DNA of 64,000 nucleotides from an uncultured Desulfobacter sp. (GCA_963665095.1 OY762069.1:1696001-1760000); one strand, 5' to 3'; shown: positions 9,500 to 19,611, counted from the stretch's first letter. Notes: generated by a model not told the origin, from the sequence alone. Translations and numbers: made by a program.

Positions 9500-12469
9500 A
9501 TGAGCAGCTTGATCGACAACACTTTCAGAAATGAATTGAACCGTATGGAAATGCTTCGCCCTGAAGAGGAGTTGTCGAGTCTTTATTTTGTCGCTGACAA
9601 AAATGAAGTACAACCGTGTATACGTATTGCTCTTGAACAGGCTGAGCGTTATAAGGCTGACGCAGTTTTTTTCCGAATTTTTCCTATTGGTGACAACCGT
9701 TCCCCGCTTCCCCAGATTTATATTTATTATGACACTGCGCTGTCCCTTGACGATACCTATTATGCCGGGATACACCGCCGCCTATGGAATGCGGGCATTC
9801 CCCCATTAGTATTCATCCTGACTGCCGGGCAGGTGAAAATCCTCAATTGTCGGCAGAAACCTGAAATTGACAAAGACTCCAAAAAACCTGTCTTCACTCC
9901 ATTCCGTACACTTGAAAGGGTAATAGCCGTCGAACGGGCATTTGCCGCTCGGGAAATTGCAGCCGGAACACTCTGGGAAAATACAAAATTTAAGAGTGAC
10001 TTCGTACTTGAAAAAACCGCTTACTTCGAGTTACTTACTCACCTCAAGTCGTTCCGACAGAAACTGCTTTTATTAAAAATTTTGTCAGAGCCTACTGTCA
10101 ACCGAATCTTGGTTATGGCGATTTTAGTCAAATATTTGAATGATCGCCAGGATTCTTCAGGAAACCGTGTTTTCGCGGAAGGGTTCCTGCGTCGATTTTC
10201 CAGTGCGAATAATGATGATATTGAATCTCTCTTCATAGAGAAGGGGAGTTGTATTAAGCTGTTTGATCATTTAAGCAGGCATTTTAATGGTGGCATTTTC
10301 GAATTGACCGATAGTGAAAAAAAGGAATTGTATCAGGCTGATCTCTCACCGATTGCGGTCTTCCTGAAAGGAGATCAGGACCCGACAGGTCAGATGCTCT
10401 TTTGGCCGCTCTATTCGTTTGAAGACCTTCCGGTTGAGTTAATCAGCAATATTTACGAGGAGTTTCTGGCAAAAAAAGAGGATGGTAACGGTGTGGTTTA
10501 CACGCCACCAATGATGGTTGATTTTCTTATAGATCGTTGCTTGCCTCTTGAAGCAAGTACGCTTTCCCGAAAAATTCTCGATCCTGCATGTGGTTCCGGT
10601 GTTTTCCTGGTTGGCGCTTTCAAACGCTTGATACAATGCTGGCGTGTGGCCAACGACTGGAAACAGCCGACTTATCGTGATTTACAGGCAATTCTTAAGA
10701 ATAGCATTTTCGGAATCGACAAAGCGCCCGAAGCAGTTCTGGTAACGGCTTTCAGCCTCTGCGTTGCGCTTTGCGATGAATTGGAGCCGTTGATTATCTG
10801 GAATGAACTTAAATTCGACAACCTGCAAAATAGTAATCTCCAGGATAGAGATTTTTTTGAAATTGTTGAATCTGGGGAATTCAATAATCACTTCGAGTTA
10901 ATTATCGGCAACCCTCCGTTTGACAGCAAACTGACGACTAATGCCGCCAAGCGGATTGAGAAAACTGAAGCCAAAGTTCGTCCCAAACTCCCAGATACTC
11001 AACTTGCGCTACTTTTTCTTGAGCAATCCTTCCGACTTGCCCGTAAGGATGCAACGGTCTGCCTGATTCAACCGGCGGGGCCGCTGCTGTACAACGGTAA
11101 CGCACTGCCTTTCCGCGGCCACCTGTTTGAGCAATTCGCCATTAATCAGGTATTTGATTTCACTCCGCTGGAAGGGGTTCTTTTCAAAGCAAAGGTTGCG
11201 GCAGCGGCGATAGTTGGCTTAAATAAGCCCCCATCGACAGAGAAAATTCAGCATATAACAGTACGTAGAACCAAGGCGCTCAAGGAAAAACTTCTGTTTG
11301 AGTTGGACCCCTATGATTTCCACTGGATACCTCGTGAATCCGTAAAGCAGAAACAATATGTATGGAAAACCAATCTGCTTGGCGGCGGAAGGCTTCACCG
11401 AATGATGGATCGCCTAATTACCGGCGTTAAAACATTGGGCGAGTATCTGGCAGAGAAAAAGGATAATAAAGGCTGGCAATTTGGTGAAGGTTTTAGTGTC
11501 GGATGCGGAAGTTATTTAAATGAGTTGTCCAACGCAAAAGAATTAGCAAAATTATCGCCCAAAAAACTAACGTACCAGTTTAAATTAAAAAGACCCCCTA
11601 AGCTTGCTTCTTGGATAACAGGGAAAAACAATGTTCCGCCAAAAGCTTTGACAAAAGATGGCATTGATTGGAATTCAGTAAAGAGTATCAATAAACTTTT
11701 TTTTGAAGAACCACGCAGGACGACTCAACTCATTTTCTCCGCTCCACATGTGTTAATCAGAGAAAAAGTTGATGGATTGGCTATCCCCGCTGTTTACACG
11801 GACAAAAAATTGGTGTTCACTAATCAAGTTATTGGGGTGTATGCACCTGAGAATGAACAGAATCATTTGAAAGTTCTTGCTGAGCGCTTAAACGACTCCA
11901 AACTCTTTGGGATTCTATCCATATTGCTTAGCGGGAGAATACTGGTCGGGCGATCAAACTCTTTGTATGCAAGAGATATCATGGCATTACCTTATCCTGA
12001 TGATCTGCAGGATATAGATCTGAATTTCTGGGAGCAAGCCCTTGTCGATGACATTGATAACTATCTCGTCGATTTTCGGCGCAGCGGTGAAAAGGCCGCA
12101 ATTTTATCCGAAACAGATGAATCCGACCTGCACAATTTCGGCAAAATGTACTGTAGTATTCTTAACCCTGTGTACAAACAATTCCGCCCCTTAGACCCAA
12201 TTCAAATTGGTTCCTTTATCTGTTACCCTTTTTGCTACGGAGATACGCCCACGATTGAAATGCCTGAAGAAAACAAGGTCGTTCCATTTCTTGATAGTTT
12301 GTTACACTGCCAACAAGGCAGCCGCCTGTTTGTAAACCGCATACTTCGCATGTACGAACAAAACGTAATCTTTATGATCAAACCGAATCAGAAGAGGTAC
12401 TGGCTACGTTCTATAGCTCTTCGCGACGCTGACGAGACATTAGTTGATCTCTTGGAACAAGGATATTGA
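9500..12469 (+). CDS. N6-adenine DNA methyltransferase, Type IIG/Eco57I-like architecture with C-terminal target recognition region
   Basis: VELISNIYEEFL, GVVYTP, motif I ILDPACGSGVF, motif IV IIGNPPF. Confidence 0.9.
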   Translation: MSSLIDNTFRNELNRMEMLRPEEELSSLYFVADKNEVQPCIRIALEQAERYKADAVFFRIFPIGDNRSPLPQIYIYYDTALSLDDTYYAGIHRRLWNAGIPPLVFILTAGQVKILNCRQKPEIDKDSKKPVFTPFRTLERVIAVERAFAAREIAAGTLWENTKFKSDFVLEKTAYFELLTHLKSFRQKLLLLKILSEPTVNRILVMAILVKYLNDRQDSSGNRVFAEGFLRRFSSANNDDIESLFIEKGSCIKLFDHLSRHFNGGIFELTDSEKKELYQADLSPIAVFLKGDQDPTGQMLFWPLYSFEDLPVELISNIYEEFLAKKEDGNGVVYTPPMMVDFLIDRCLPLEASTLSRKILDPACGSGVFLVGAFKRLIQCWRVANDWKQPTYRDLQAILKNSIFGIDKAPEAVLVTAFSLCVALCDELEPLIIWNELKFDNLQNSNLQDRDFFEIVESGEFNNHFELIIGNPPFDSKLTTNAAKRIEKTEAKVRPKLPDTQLALLFLEQSFRLARKDATVCLIQPAGPLLYNGNALPFRGHLFEQFAINQVFDFTPLEGVLFKAKVAAAAIVGLNKPPSTEKIQHITVRRTKALKEKLLFELDPYDFHWIPRESVKQKQYVWKTNLLGGGRLHRMMDRLITGVKTLGEYLAEKKDNKGWQFGEGFSVGCGSYLNELSNAKELAKLSPKKLTYQFKLKRPPKLASWITGKNNVPPKALTKDGIDWNSVKSINKLFFEEPRRTTQLIFSAPHVLIREKVDGLAIPAVYTDKKLVFTNQVIGVYAPENEQNHLKVLAERLNDSKLFGILSILLSGRILVGRSNSLYARDIMALPYPDDLQDIDLNFWEQALVDDIDNYLVDFRRSGEKAAILSETDESDLHNFGKMYCSILNPVYKQFRPLDPIQIGSFICYPFCYGDTPTIEMPEENKVVPFLDSLLHCQQGSRLFVNRILRMYEQNVIFMIKPNQKRYWLRSIALRDADETLVDLLEQGY

Positions 12470-13170
12470 GCTCCATGAAAAAACATCCAACCGGACGGAT
12501 GCTTGCAGGCACAGGCACCTTACTTGGTCCATCTCAAAATACACAATTCAGCATGGTTGTTACGTTTATCAAGGCAAAACTTCCCATATTTGCGGAATCC
12601 ATTTTGAAAACTAAAATTTGTAGTGAAAATGGCCTAAACAGCCGACTTTCTCGTTTTATTACCAATGCTGCCGCCCAAGAATTTTTTTTTGCGAATCGTG
12701 AGTGTATGGAAGATGAAACCTATGGAAGCAGTCCCGCAGTTGATATCGGCGTTTATCTTAAAATGGATGATACTGAAATCGATCCCCCAATGATTACGGT
12801 TTTTGAAGGGAAAAGGCTTACAACAAAATTGACTAAAAAACGACGTCGCGAATATGTCATAGGGCATGAAGAAAGTGGGAAACATATTCGCTGCGGCGGC
12901 ATAGAGCGTTTTAAGCTTGCCATCCACGGAGCCAGACTCAATCGTGCCGGAATGATAGGTTATATTCAAGATGGGACATCTGACGATTGGCAAAAGAAAA
13001 CCAATACATGGATTTGCGAGCTATGCAACCAGCCTTTTAATCCGGTATGGTCAGAGCGTGAACAGCTTACGCGGCAAAAATCCGATGAACGAGTTATTGA
13101 ATATTCATCAATTGTAAACCGTATCGACAGCGTACTTCATCTGGCTCACCTGTGGATTGACCTTTCCTAA
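12466..13170 (+). CDS. Putative PD-(D/E)xK-like nuclease partner of the methyltransferase
   Basis: Start overlaps the MTase stop (TTGA; alternative ATG 12475). E(SENGLN)...PAVDI...VFEGKRL pattern. Confidence 0.6.
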   Translation: MSSMKKHPTGRMLAGTGTLLGPSQNTQFSMVVTFIKAKLPIFAESILKTKICSENGLNSRLSRFITNAAAQEFFFANRECMEDETYGSSPAVDIGVYLKMDDTEIDPPMITVFEGKRLTTKLTKKRRREYVIGHEESGKHIRCGGIERFKLAIHGARLNRAGMIGYIQDGTSDDWQKKTNTWICELCNQPFNPVWSEREQLTRQKSDERVIEYSSIVNRIDSVLHLAHLWIDLS

Positions 13171-13405
13171 TAACGTGCCGTTCGAAAGTGAACTATTCCA
13201 TATTAGGTTCGGCCATTAGATTTCCAGAGATGGTGATACTCAATTTCTAACCCCAAAAATCACTGGACAAGCCGGTAATTTTGCGTTGACTTTGTCTATT
13301 AGTCCTGTTTTTTTTGTAAAACGGTTCACCCCTATATGTTGTGCCTGCTTTGAAAAGCCCAGAATCAATTTAATAGAACAAATTATAGACTCAGGGTGGG
13401 TAGAG

Positions 13406-13441
13406 AAAAAGGCCCCGGCAGTAAACTCCACTGCCGGGGCC
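13406..13441 (-). terminator. Rho-independent terminator of gdhA
   Basis: 12-bp stem GGCCCCGGCAGT/ACTGCCGGGGCC followed by T5 on the minus strand. Confidence 0.85.
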
Positions 13442-13490
13442 GGACGGCTATCAGGACGAAAATCTTTCAGAGCTACAATAGAAAATTGAG

Positions 13491-14840
13491 TTAAACAATA
13501 CCCTGGTCCATCATGGCGTCGGCCACTTTGACGAACCCTGCGATATTGGCGCCGTTCACGTAGTTGCCGGGGGTGCCGTACTCTTCGGCAGCGTCCAGGC
13601 AGGCGTGGTGGATGCTTTGCATGATGCCTTTGAGCTTGGCTTCGACTTCTTCTCTGGTCCATTTGATGCGCATGGAATTCTGGGACATTTCCAGGCCGGA
13701 AACAGCCACGCCGCCGGCATTGGAGGCTTTGCCCGGTGCATAGAGCAGCTTGTGATCCAGGAAAAGGTCAATGGCTTCGGGTGTGGAGGGCATATTGGCC
13801 CCTTCACACACAAGATAGACACCGTTGTTTACCAGGTTTTCGGCATCTTCTCCATTGACTTCGTTCTGGGTGGCGGAAGGGAAGGCGCAATCTGCTTTGT
13901 GATCCCACAAAGGATTGCAGTCTTCACTGCCGTCAATGGCGGCATATTTGGCTGAGGGGTATTTCTGGGCATACTCTTTGATGCGGCCGCGCTTGACGTT
14001 TTTCAGATACATCACCCAGGCAAGTTTGTCCTCATCAATGCCTTCCTCATCATAGATGTAACCGGAGGAATCAGACAGGGTCACAACCTTTCCGCCGAGC
14101 TGGTTGATCTTCTGGGTGGTGAACTGGGCGACGTTGCCGGAACCGGAAACCAGACAGATCTTCCCTTCAAGGCTTTGACTGCGGGTGGCCAGCATCTCAT
14201 CTGCAAAGAAAACAGAGCCGTATCCTGTGGCTTCGGGCCGGATAAGAGATCCGCCCCAGTTCAGCGCTTTGCCGGTGAGAACCCCTGTAAACTCGTTTTT
14301 CAGTTTTTTATACATACCGAACAGATAGCCGATTTCACGTCCGCCCACGCCGATGTCCCCAGCTGGGACGTCTGTGTCATGGCCGATGTGACGGTAGAGT
14401 TCAGACATGAAACTCTGGCAGAAACGCATTACTTCGAAGTCGGACTTTCCCTTGGGATCGAAGTCGGAACCGCCTTTACCGCCCCCCATGGGAAGGGTGG
14501 TCAACGCGTTTTTGAACACCTGCTCAAAGGCCAGGAACTTCAGAATGGACAGGTTCACGGAAGGATGGAACCGCAGCCCCCCCTTATATGGTCCGATGGC
14601 GGAATTCATTTCAATTCTGAACCCGCGGTTTACCTGCACCCTTCCCTGGTCATCCACCCAGGGCACCCGGAACTGGATGATCCTTTCCGGTTCCACCATA
14701 CGCTCCATGATACCGGCCTGCCGGTATTCAGGATTTTTATCCAGCACTGGTTTTACAGATTCCGCGACCTCATGAACGGCCTGGTGAAATTCTTTTTCAA
14801 AAGGATCTCTTTTGCTGACAACATCCATAATGGTTCCCAT
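13491..14840 (-). CDS. gdhA: NADP-specific glutamate dehydrogenase
   Basis: GPYKGGLRFHPSVN, MGGGKGGSDFDPKGKS, DVPAGDIGVG, RPEATGYG, EGANMP. Confidence 0.97.
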   Translation of the reverse strand: MGTIMDVVSKRDPFEKEFHQAVHEVAESVKPVLDKNPEYRQAGIMERMVEPERIIQFRVPWVDDQGRVQVNRGFRIEMNSAIGPYKGGLRFHPSVNLSILKFLAFEQVFKNALTTLPMGGGKGGSDFDPKGKSDFEVMRFCQSFMSELYRHIGHDTDVPAGDIGVGGREIGYLFGMYKKLKNEFTGVLTGKALNWGGSLIRPEATGYGSVFFADEMLATRSQSLEGKICLVSGSGNVAQFTTQKINQLGGKVVTLSDSSGYIYDEEGIDEDKLAWVMYLKNVKRGRIKEYAQKYPSAKYAAIDGSEDCNPLWDHKADCAFPSATQNEVNGEDAENLVNNGVYLVCEGANMPSTPEAIDLFLDHKLLYAPGKASNAGGVAVSGLEMSQNSMRIKWTREEVEAKLKGIMQSIHHACLDAAEEYGTPGNYVNGANIAGFVKVADAMMDQGIV

Positions 14841-14904
14841 CTTACGCTATCTCCTGTTGAGTAATAAATAGTGTCTGAAAAATGACGTTGTGTTCGAACA
14901 ACAG

Positions 14905-15270
14905 TTATTCTGTTTCCAGATGTGCTGCTGAAACAAAAATTTTCTTGGCAAAGTCGTCCACCACCCAGGTGACAGGGGTGCCTTTGGGTACTACAAAGGC
15001 GTCACCGGCCTTGAATTCATGGGTAGGGCCGTCTTTTTCAATGATTTTTACACTGCCTTCCATGATGATGCAGAACTCAAGTTTGGGGTGCAGATGCGTC
15101 CAGGATCCTGCGGTGCAGGTCCAGATGCCGGACTTGAAGTTGCCGGAAGCATGCTCGAAATAGGTCCAGTTATTGGCCACGGGCGCACCGGATGCCGGGT
15201 TCTTTTTGGGACCTTCGGTGTGATGCAGCACTTCTGATTTATCAATAACGACGATTTTTCCTTCGCTCAT
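14905..15270 (-). CDS. Cupin domain protein (DUF861/EutQ-like)
   Basis: SGIWTCTAG...EFCIIMEGSV...FKAGDAFVVPKG...W pattern. Confidence 0.85.
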   Translation of the reverse strand: MSEGKIVVIDKSEVLHHTEGPKKNPASGAPVANNWTYFEHASGNFKSGIWTCTAGSWTHLHPKLEFCIIMEGSVKIIEKDGPTHEFKAGDAFVVPKGTPVTWVVDDFAKKIFVSAAHLETE

Positions 15271-15290
15271 ATCTGTTTCTCCTAGGGGTT

Positions 15291-15322
15291 GTGCCTGTCC
15301 GTAGATTGGGGCGGACAGGCGC
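15291..15322. other. Intergenic GC-rich hairpin inside the operon
   Basis: GCCTGTCCG / CGGACAGGC stem; no U-tract on the coding strand. Confidence 0.5.
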
Positions 15323-15341
15323 TGGTTCGGTTTACTTTTTT

Positions 15342-16466
15342 TTATGCGGCTTTGGTCTCAAACCGGTCGGGCCGGAATACATCCAGGGGAATTTCCGGTT
15401 CCTGCCCTGTCACCAGCTGGCACATGAGACGTCCCATGATGGGGGCCAGCTGAAAGCCGTGGGCGGAAAATCCGCAGACATGGAAAAGACCCGGTACTTT
15501 GACCGATTCGCCCACAATGGGCACCTTGTCGGCCAGGCACCCTTCAAAGGCGGCCCAGCAACGGATCATCTGGGCTCTGGAAAGCTTTGGCAGAATTTCA
15601 ATCATCAGCTTGGAGGCCTTGGTCATCTGCATGGGATCAATCCAGATCATCTCCCGGTCCAGATCCAGGGGAGACCGATAGCCACCACCCACGATAATGG
15701 TACCGTTTTTTGCCGCCATCAGTCCGAGCAGGCGTCCTGTCAATCCCAAAGAGGTACCGTTCATGAAACCGGGTACCCGGCTGGTCACCATCATGGTGGG
15801 GGCTGCGGCAAATACAGGCAAGGGATCATCCAGCATGTTTGAAAACCGGGCAGCCCAGGCACCTGTGGCATTGACCAGCACTTCGCTTTCAAACACCTCA
15901 CCGGCTGCCGTTTTTACCCGGAAACCGTTTGCTGTGGTCCGGGCTTCCACCACCCGGGTTCTGGAGTGGATTTTCACCCCTTTGTTCTCGGCGGTTTTGG
16001 CATAGGCTTTGGACGTAAGCAGGGGGTTTGCCAGGCCGTCGGTGTAGCAGACCAGCCCGCCCACAACATGTCCGGAAAGGTTGGGAGACAGCTTCATCAC
16101 CTGGTCGCGGTCCACCATGACTTCATGGTCATACCCCAGATCCCTCAGGGTTTTACACCGTTTTTCAAGTTTTTCCAGCTCTTCTTCGGATTCTGCCAGA
16201 CGCAGCCGGGGAGAGACATGGAAACCGCAGTCGGAATTCACGGTTTTTTCATGCAGGTCCCACAGTTTTCTGGAGGCAAGGGCCATGGGAATTTCCCGGA
16301 CATCCCTGCCCTGGCACCGGACACCGCCGGAGTTATGGCCCGAGGCATGACGGCCGGGCACATCTTTTTCCAGAATGGTGACGGACTTTCCTTTTAACGC
16401 AAGCTCCAGGGCTGTGGCACATCCCATCAACCCGCCGCCCACGATTAATACATCACTTTTCATCAT
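15342..16466 (-). CDS. FAD-dependent DAO-family oxidoreductase (HcnC/OoxB-like catalytic subunit)
   Basis: IVGGGLMG, ASGHNSGG, GFSAHGFQLAP; start overlaps the upstream gene. Confidence 0.9.
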   Translation of the reverse strand: MMKSDVLIVGGGLMGCATALELALKGKSVTILEKDVPGRHASGHNSGGVRCQGRDVREIPMALASRKLWDLHEKTVNSDCGFHVSPRLRLAESEEELEKLEKRCKTLRDLGYDHEVMVDRDQVMKLSPNLSGHVVGGLVCYTDGLANPLLTSKAYAKTAENKGVKIHSRTRVVEARTTANGFRVKTAAGEVFESEVLVNATGAWAARFSNMLDDPLPVFAAAPTMMVTSRVPGFMNGTSLGLTGRLLGLMAAKNGTIIVGGGYRSPLDLDREMIWIDPMQMTKASKLMIEILPKLSRAQMIRCWAAFEGCLADKVPIVGESVKVPGLFHVCGFSAHGFQLAPIMGRLMCQLVTGQEPEIPLDVFRPDRFETKAA

Positions 16467-17865
16467 CCCCTCCCAGTTGTGCGTTGGCCATCTCCCCAAG
16501 GGTTACGGGTTTGATTGGCGGGCGGACTCTCAAGGGCCGGTTGGCTTCCGGATTGGTGTTGGATGCGGCAGCCACAATTTCCACCAGGGCCGGGCCGCAC
16601 ATGCGTCCCTGACAAGGTCCCATTCCGCACCGGGCAATGGATTTGATCTCGTTATGATCGGTAAAGCCCTGGGCCACAAGTTCCCGGATACTGCCTGCAG
16701 TCACCCCTTCACACCGGCAGACAATGGTATTGTCCGGCACCTGATACAGGTGGGTGGCCGGCCGGTACATCTCATCCACAAAAGGCCGTGGCAAAAGTTC
16801 CTTGGCCAGGGCCTTTCGCAAAGGCGCGGCCTGTTTTTCATATTCGCCCTGGGTGAAGCTGCGCATCTCCCGCTCAATGGCAAGCGCAGTTAACTGCCCT
16901 TTGATCCGGGCAGGTTCTCCACCATGGACAAAGGCCCCGTCACCAGGGATAAAAATCTGTTCCTGGCTGGTGCGTCCGTCCGCATCGGTTTTGGGATGCC
17001 AGTACCGCTGTACCGGATTCCAGATATGACGGCAGCCTGCCTGGCGTAACAAAGAGGTATTTGGGATCACGCCCTCATGGATCAGCAAGGTTGCCACCTC
17101 AAACTCCAGGGGCTGTCCCTTTGACTGGGCCGTGACCCGACACACAGCATCCTTGCCATGGGCGGCAAGGCCTGTAACCTTATTATAAATGGGAACCTTG
17201 GCTTTTTTTGCAGCAAGCTTTGCCGCCCCCATGAGCACCACGCCTTTGGAAAGATACAGCGGTCGCATCATGGCCTTGGGCATCTGTTTCATCGCGCCAA
17301 AGGGAGGCAGGCTGCCGGAACCGGTATTCAAAATCGCCTTGATGGGGGCGTTAAGATCCAGAAGATGTTTGGCCACCAGCCAGAACAAGGGGCCGGAACC
17401 TGCCATGACAAGGGGATTGGAAGGATAATAGCCAGAATCCTTGAACAGGTTTGAAATCCCGCCGCAGGTCATGACACCGGGCAGGGTCCATCCCTCAAAG
17501 GGTACCGGACGCTCCATGGCACCGGTACCCAACACCAGGTACTTGGCTGTAAACTTTCCGGAAGCCCCGTTCCTGGACCAGAAAATATCGCCGTTAGGCT
17601 CTGCCTGCCAGACACGGGTGGCCGGCAGGTAGTCCAGTTTGGAGGCGGAAAAGCCCTTCAATACGGCAAGGCCGGCTGCATAATCTTTGCCAAGTACCTT
17701 ACGCTGGGCAGATGAGGAGCCGGCAAGGTTCCTGTAAATCTGCCCGCCGGGCTTGGCCTGTTCGTCCAGCAGTGCCACCTCAAGCCCCTTGCTGCAAAGC
17801 TCAGTGGCACAGGCCAGACCCGAAGGCCCTGCGCCTGTAATCACCACATCATATGTGTGTTTCAT
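16453..17865 (-). CDS. FAD/NAD(P)-binding oxidoreductase with BFD-like [2Fe-2S] domain (HcnB/OoxA-like)
   Basis: GAGPSG, GGQIYR, GAMERPVPFEGWTLPGV, VCRCEGV...RCGMGPCQGRMC, RPPIKPV. Confidence 0.92.
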   Translation of the reverse strand: MKHTYDVVITGAGPSGLACATELCSKGLEVALLDEQAKPGGQIYRNLAGSSSAQRKVLGKDYAAGLAVLKGFSASKLDYLPATRVWQAEPNGDIFWSRNGASGKFTAKYLVLGTGAMERPVPFEGWTLPGVMTCGGISNLFKDSGYYPSNPLVMAGSGPLFWLVAKHLLDLNAPIKAILNTGSGSLPPFGAMKQMPKAMMRPLYLSKGVVLMGAAKLAAKKAKVPIYNKVTGLAAHGKDAVCRVTAQSKGQPLEFEVATLLIHEGVIPNTSLLRQAGCRHIWNPVQRYWHPKTDADGRTSQEQIFIPGDGAFVHGGEPARIKGQLTALAIEREMRSFTQGEYEKQAAPLRKALAKELLPRPFVDEMYRPATHLYQVPDNTIVCRCEGVTAGSIRELVAQGFTDHNEIKSIARCGMGPCQGRMCGPALVEIVAAASNTNPEANRPLRVRPPIKPVTLGEMANAQLGGDDEK

Positions 17866-18176
17866 GATTCCTGCTCCACCTTTTGCTGACGTTTAATCTG
17901 CATGCCGTCGACCACCTGCTCCAGACAGGCCTGCCGGTTGGGAACCCCGTCGATTTCACACAGGCACTCAAAGCAGACCCCCATAAGACAGTGGGGGCTG
18001 CGCTTGTCATGGTCGGCTGCGGAGTGGCAAAAGTGTTCTGCATCCTTGTTCAGGATGGCGGCGGCCACAGTGATGCCGGCAGGTACCTGCATGGGCCGCC
18101 CCTCCACATGGATGGTGACAGTCTTTTCCGGCGTGTCCATGGAAACCCTGTTGAATGTGCGTTTATTATCTGTCAT
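17862..18176 (-). CDS. [2Fe-2S] ferredoxin subunit (HcnA/OoxC-like)
   Basis: CLMGVCFECLCEIDG...QAC. Confidence 0.92.
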   Translation of the reverse strand: MTDNKRTFNRVSMDTPEKTVTIHVEGRPMQVPAGITVAAAILNKDAEHFCHSAADHDKRSPHCLMGVCFECLCEIDGVPNRQACLEQVVDGMQIKRQQKVEQES

Positions 18177-18214
18177 ATGCCTATCATCCTTTGCTTGGCC
18201 ATTTTTCCAAAGAC

Positions 18215-19330
18215 CTAAACAGCGTAGGGTTCATCCCAGAGTACCAGTTCCTGGCCAAGGCCTTTTTCCAGCGCATTTTCATAAAGCGTCATGGCCCAGG
18301 CGATATCCTGAAGGATCATGCCGTTGGAGACAAAGTATTTGCGTTTGGCACTGTTACGATCCACTTTGAAATTGCCGGCTACGACCTGGCCCAGGTCATG
18401 GATATCGCTGTCTTTGATTTTTCCGGCATCCACAAGATCATGCAGCTGGGGATGGGGATAGGTCTGCTCACCTTCGGGCAGCATGCGGCCTTCAATTTTA
18501 TAGGTTTTCTGCATTTCCCAATTATCCGGCACAATGTAGGCACTCATCAGATAGCTGTCTTCCACATTGACCCTGCCGGGAAGCGTCAGCAAAGAGCCCT
18601 CTTTCAGGCAGCGGTCTTCAAGCAGCGGGGAGTGATCGCCGGAAATAGCGGAAGTAACGACATCCATCCCTTTATATGCATCTTCATGATTATCACAGAT
18701 CACCACTTCCACGCCGAATTTTTCGGTCATCTCTTTGGCAAAACGTTCAGACGCATCGGTGTTGATATCAAATACCCGAACCTGTTTGATGGAAGGAAGT
18801 GCTGAAAGTATGGCGATGGTGGAGTATCTGGCAATGGGACCTGCGGCAATGACGCCTAAGGTTTCACTGTTCTCAGGGGCAAGATAGCGGGCGGACAGGC
18901 CGACCACGGCGCCGGTACGCATGCCGCTTAGGATGTTGGCCTCCATGATGGCAAGCGGGCGGGCAGTTTCTGCTTCGTTCAGGGTCATCAGCAGAATGGA
19001 GCGGGGAAGACCGTGATTTTTAGGATTAAAAATATTGGAACCATACCATTTGTTGCCGCACACTTTGAAACGGCCGCCAAGGTATCCCTGCAGTCCCATG
19101 AACCGCTGGTCCGGGCCGCCCTTGGGCATGCCCTCAAACTTGGGCTCTTTGGGAAACCACACCCGTTGACCGTGGGAGTTCCGGGTGGAACCGCCCATGA
19201 CATAATCGCCCTGTCCAAGCAGGGTGAATGCTTCTTCCATAACATCAATGCATTTTGCAATATCTGTAACACCGGCCTCAATCATATCTTTCTGGCCCAA
19301 AAATTTCATAGCCAATCTTGATGAACCCAT
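18215..19330 (-). CDS. Ornithine cyclodeaminase/mu-crystallin family protein ('tyramine oxidase subunit B'-like)
   Basis: DYVMGG..NSHG...FP, YLGGRF...KWYGSN, LPRSIL, LSGMRTGA, GMILQDIAWA. Confidence 0.85.
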   Translation of the reverse strand: MGSSRLAMKFLGQKDMIEAGVTDIAKCIDVMEEAFTLLGQGDYVMGGSTRNSHGQRVWFPKEPKFEGMPKGGPDQRFMGLQGYLGGRFKVCGNKWYGSNIFNPKNHGLPRSILLMTLNEAETARPLAIMEANILSGMRTGAVVGLSARYLAPENSETLGVIAAGPIARYSTIAILSALPSIKQVRVFDINTDASERFAKEMTEKFGVEVVICDNHEDAYKGMDVVTSAISGDHSPLLEDRCLKEGSLLTLPGRVNVEDSYLMSAYIVPDNWEMQKTYKIEGRMLPEGEQTYPHPQLHDLVDAGKIKDSDIHDLGQVVAGNFKVDRNSAKRKYFVSNGMILQDIAWAMTLYENALEKGLGQELVLWDEPYAV

Positions 19331-19358
19331 GATGTTTTCCTCTCTTTACCTGAAATTG

Positions 19359-19483
19359 TGTTTGAATGTAAAGGCACTCACCTGCGGCGTTGCTTCACAA
19401 CATTCAAATCCTCACGTACTAAAGTACGCTTGCGGTTTAAATATTGCTTGCGCCTTGCATCTGAGCACCTTTCCATCCAAACA
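19359..19483 (+). repeat. Palindromic MITE/REP-like interspersed element, copy 1
   Basis: Terminal IR TGTTTGAATGTAAAGG / CCTTTCCATCCAAACA (14/16), internal hairpin CGTACTAAAGTACG; related copy at 54889-55003. Confidence 0.7.
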
Positions 19484-19611
19484 GGCTGCAGTTTCAGGCT
19501 CTATTTTTATTGTTAGTTGTTGATCCGGTCGCTATCGTCCCGGTTATTTTTTCTCAAACCTGTTTTGTTCCGCCCCGTCAGGCTACGGCCATACCGAAGC
19601 GGGTTCACTTT

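Noticed and set aside
15342..18176. Hydrogen cyanide synthase hcnABC
   Set aside because: Same family, but context (xsc, OCD, gdhA) favours amine or opine oxidation; substrate cannot be assigned from sequence.
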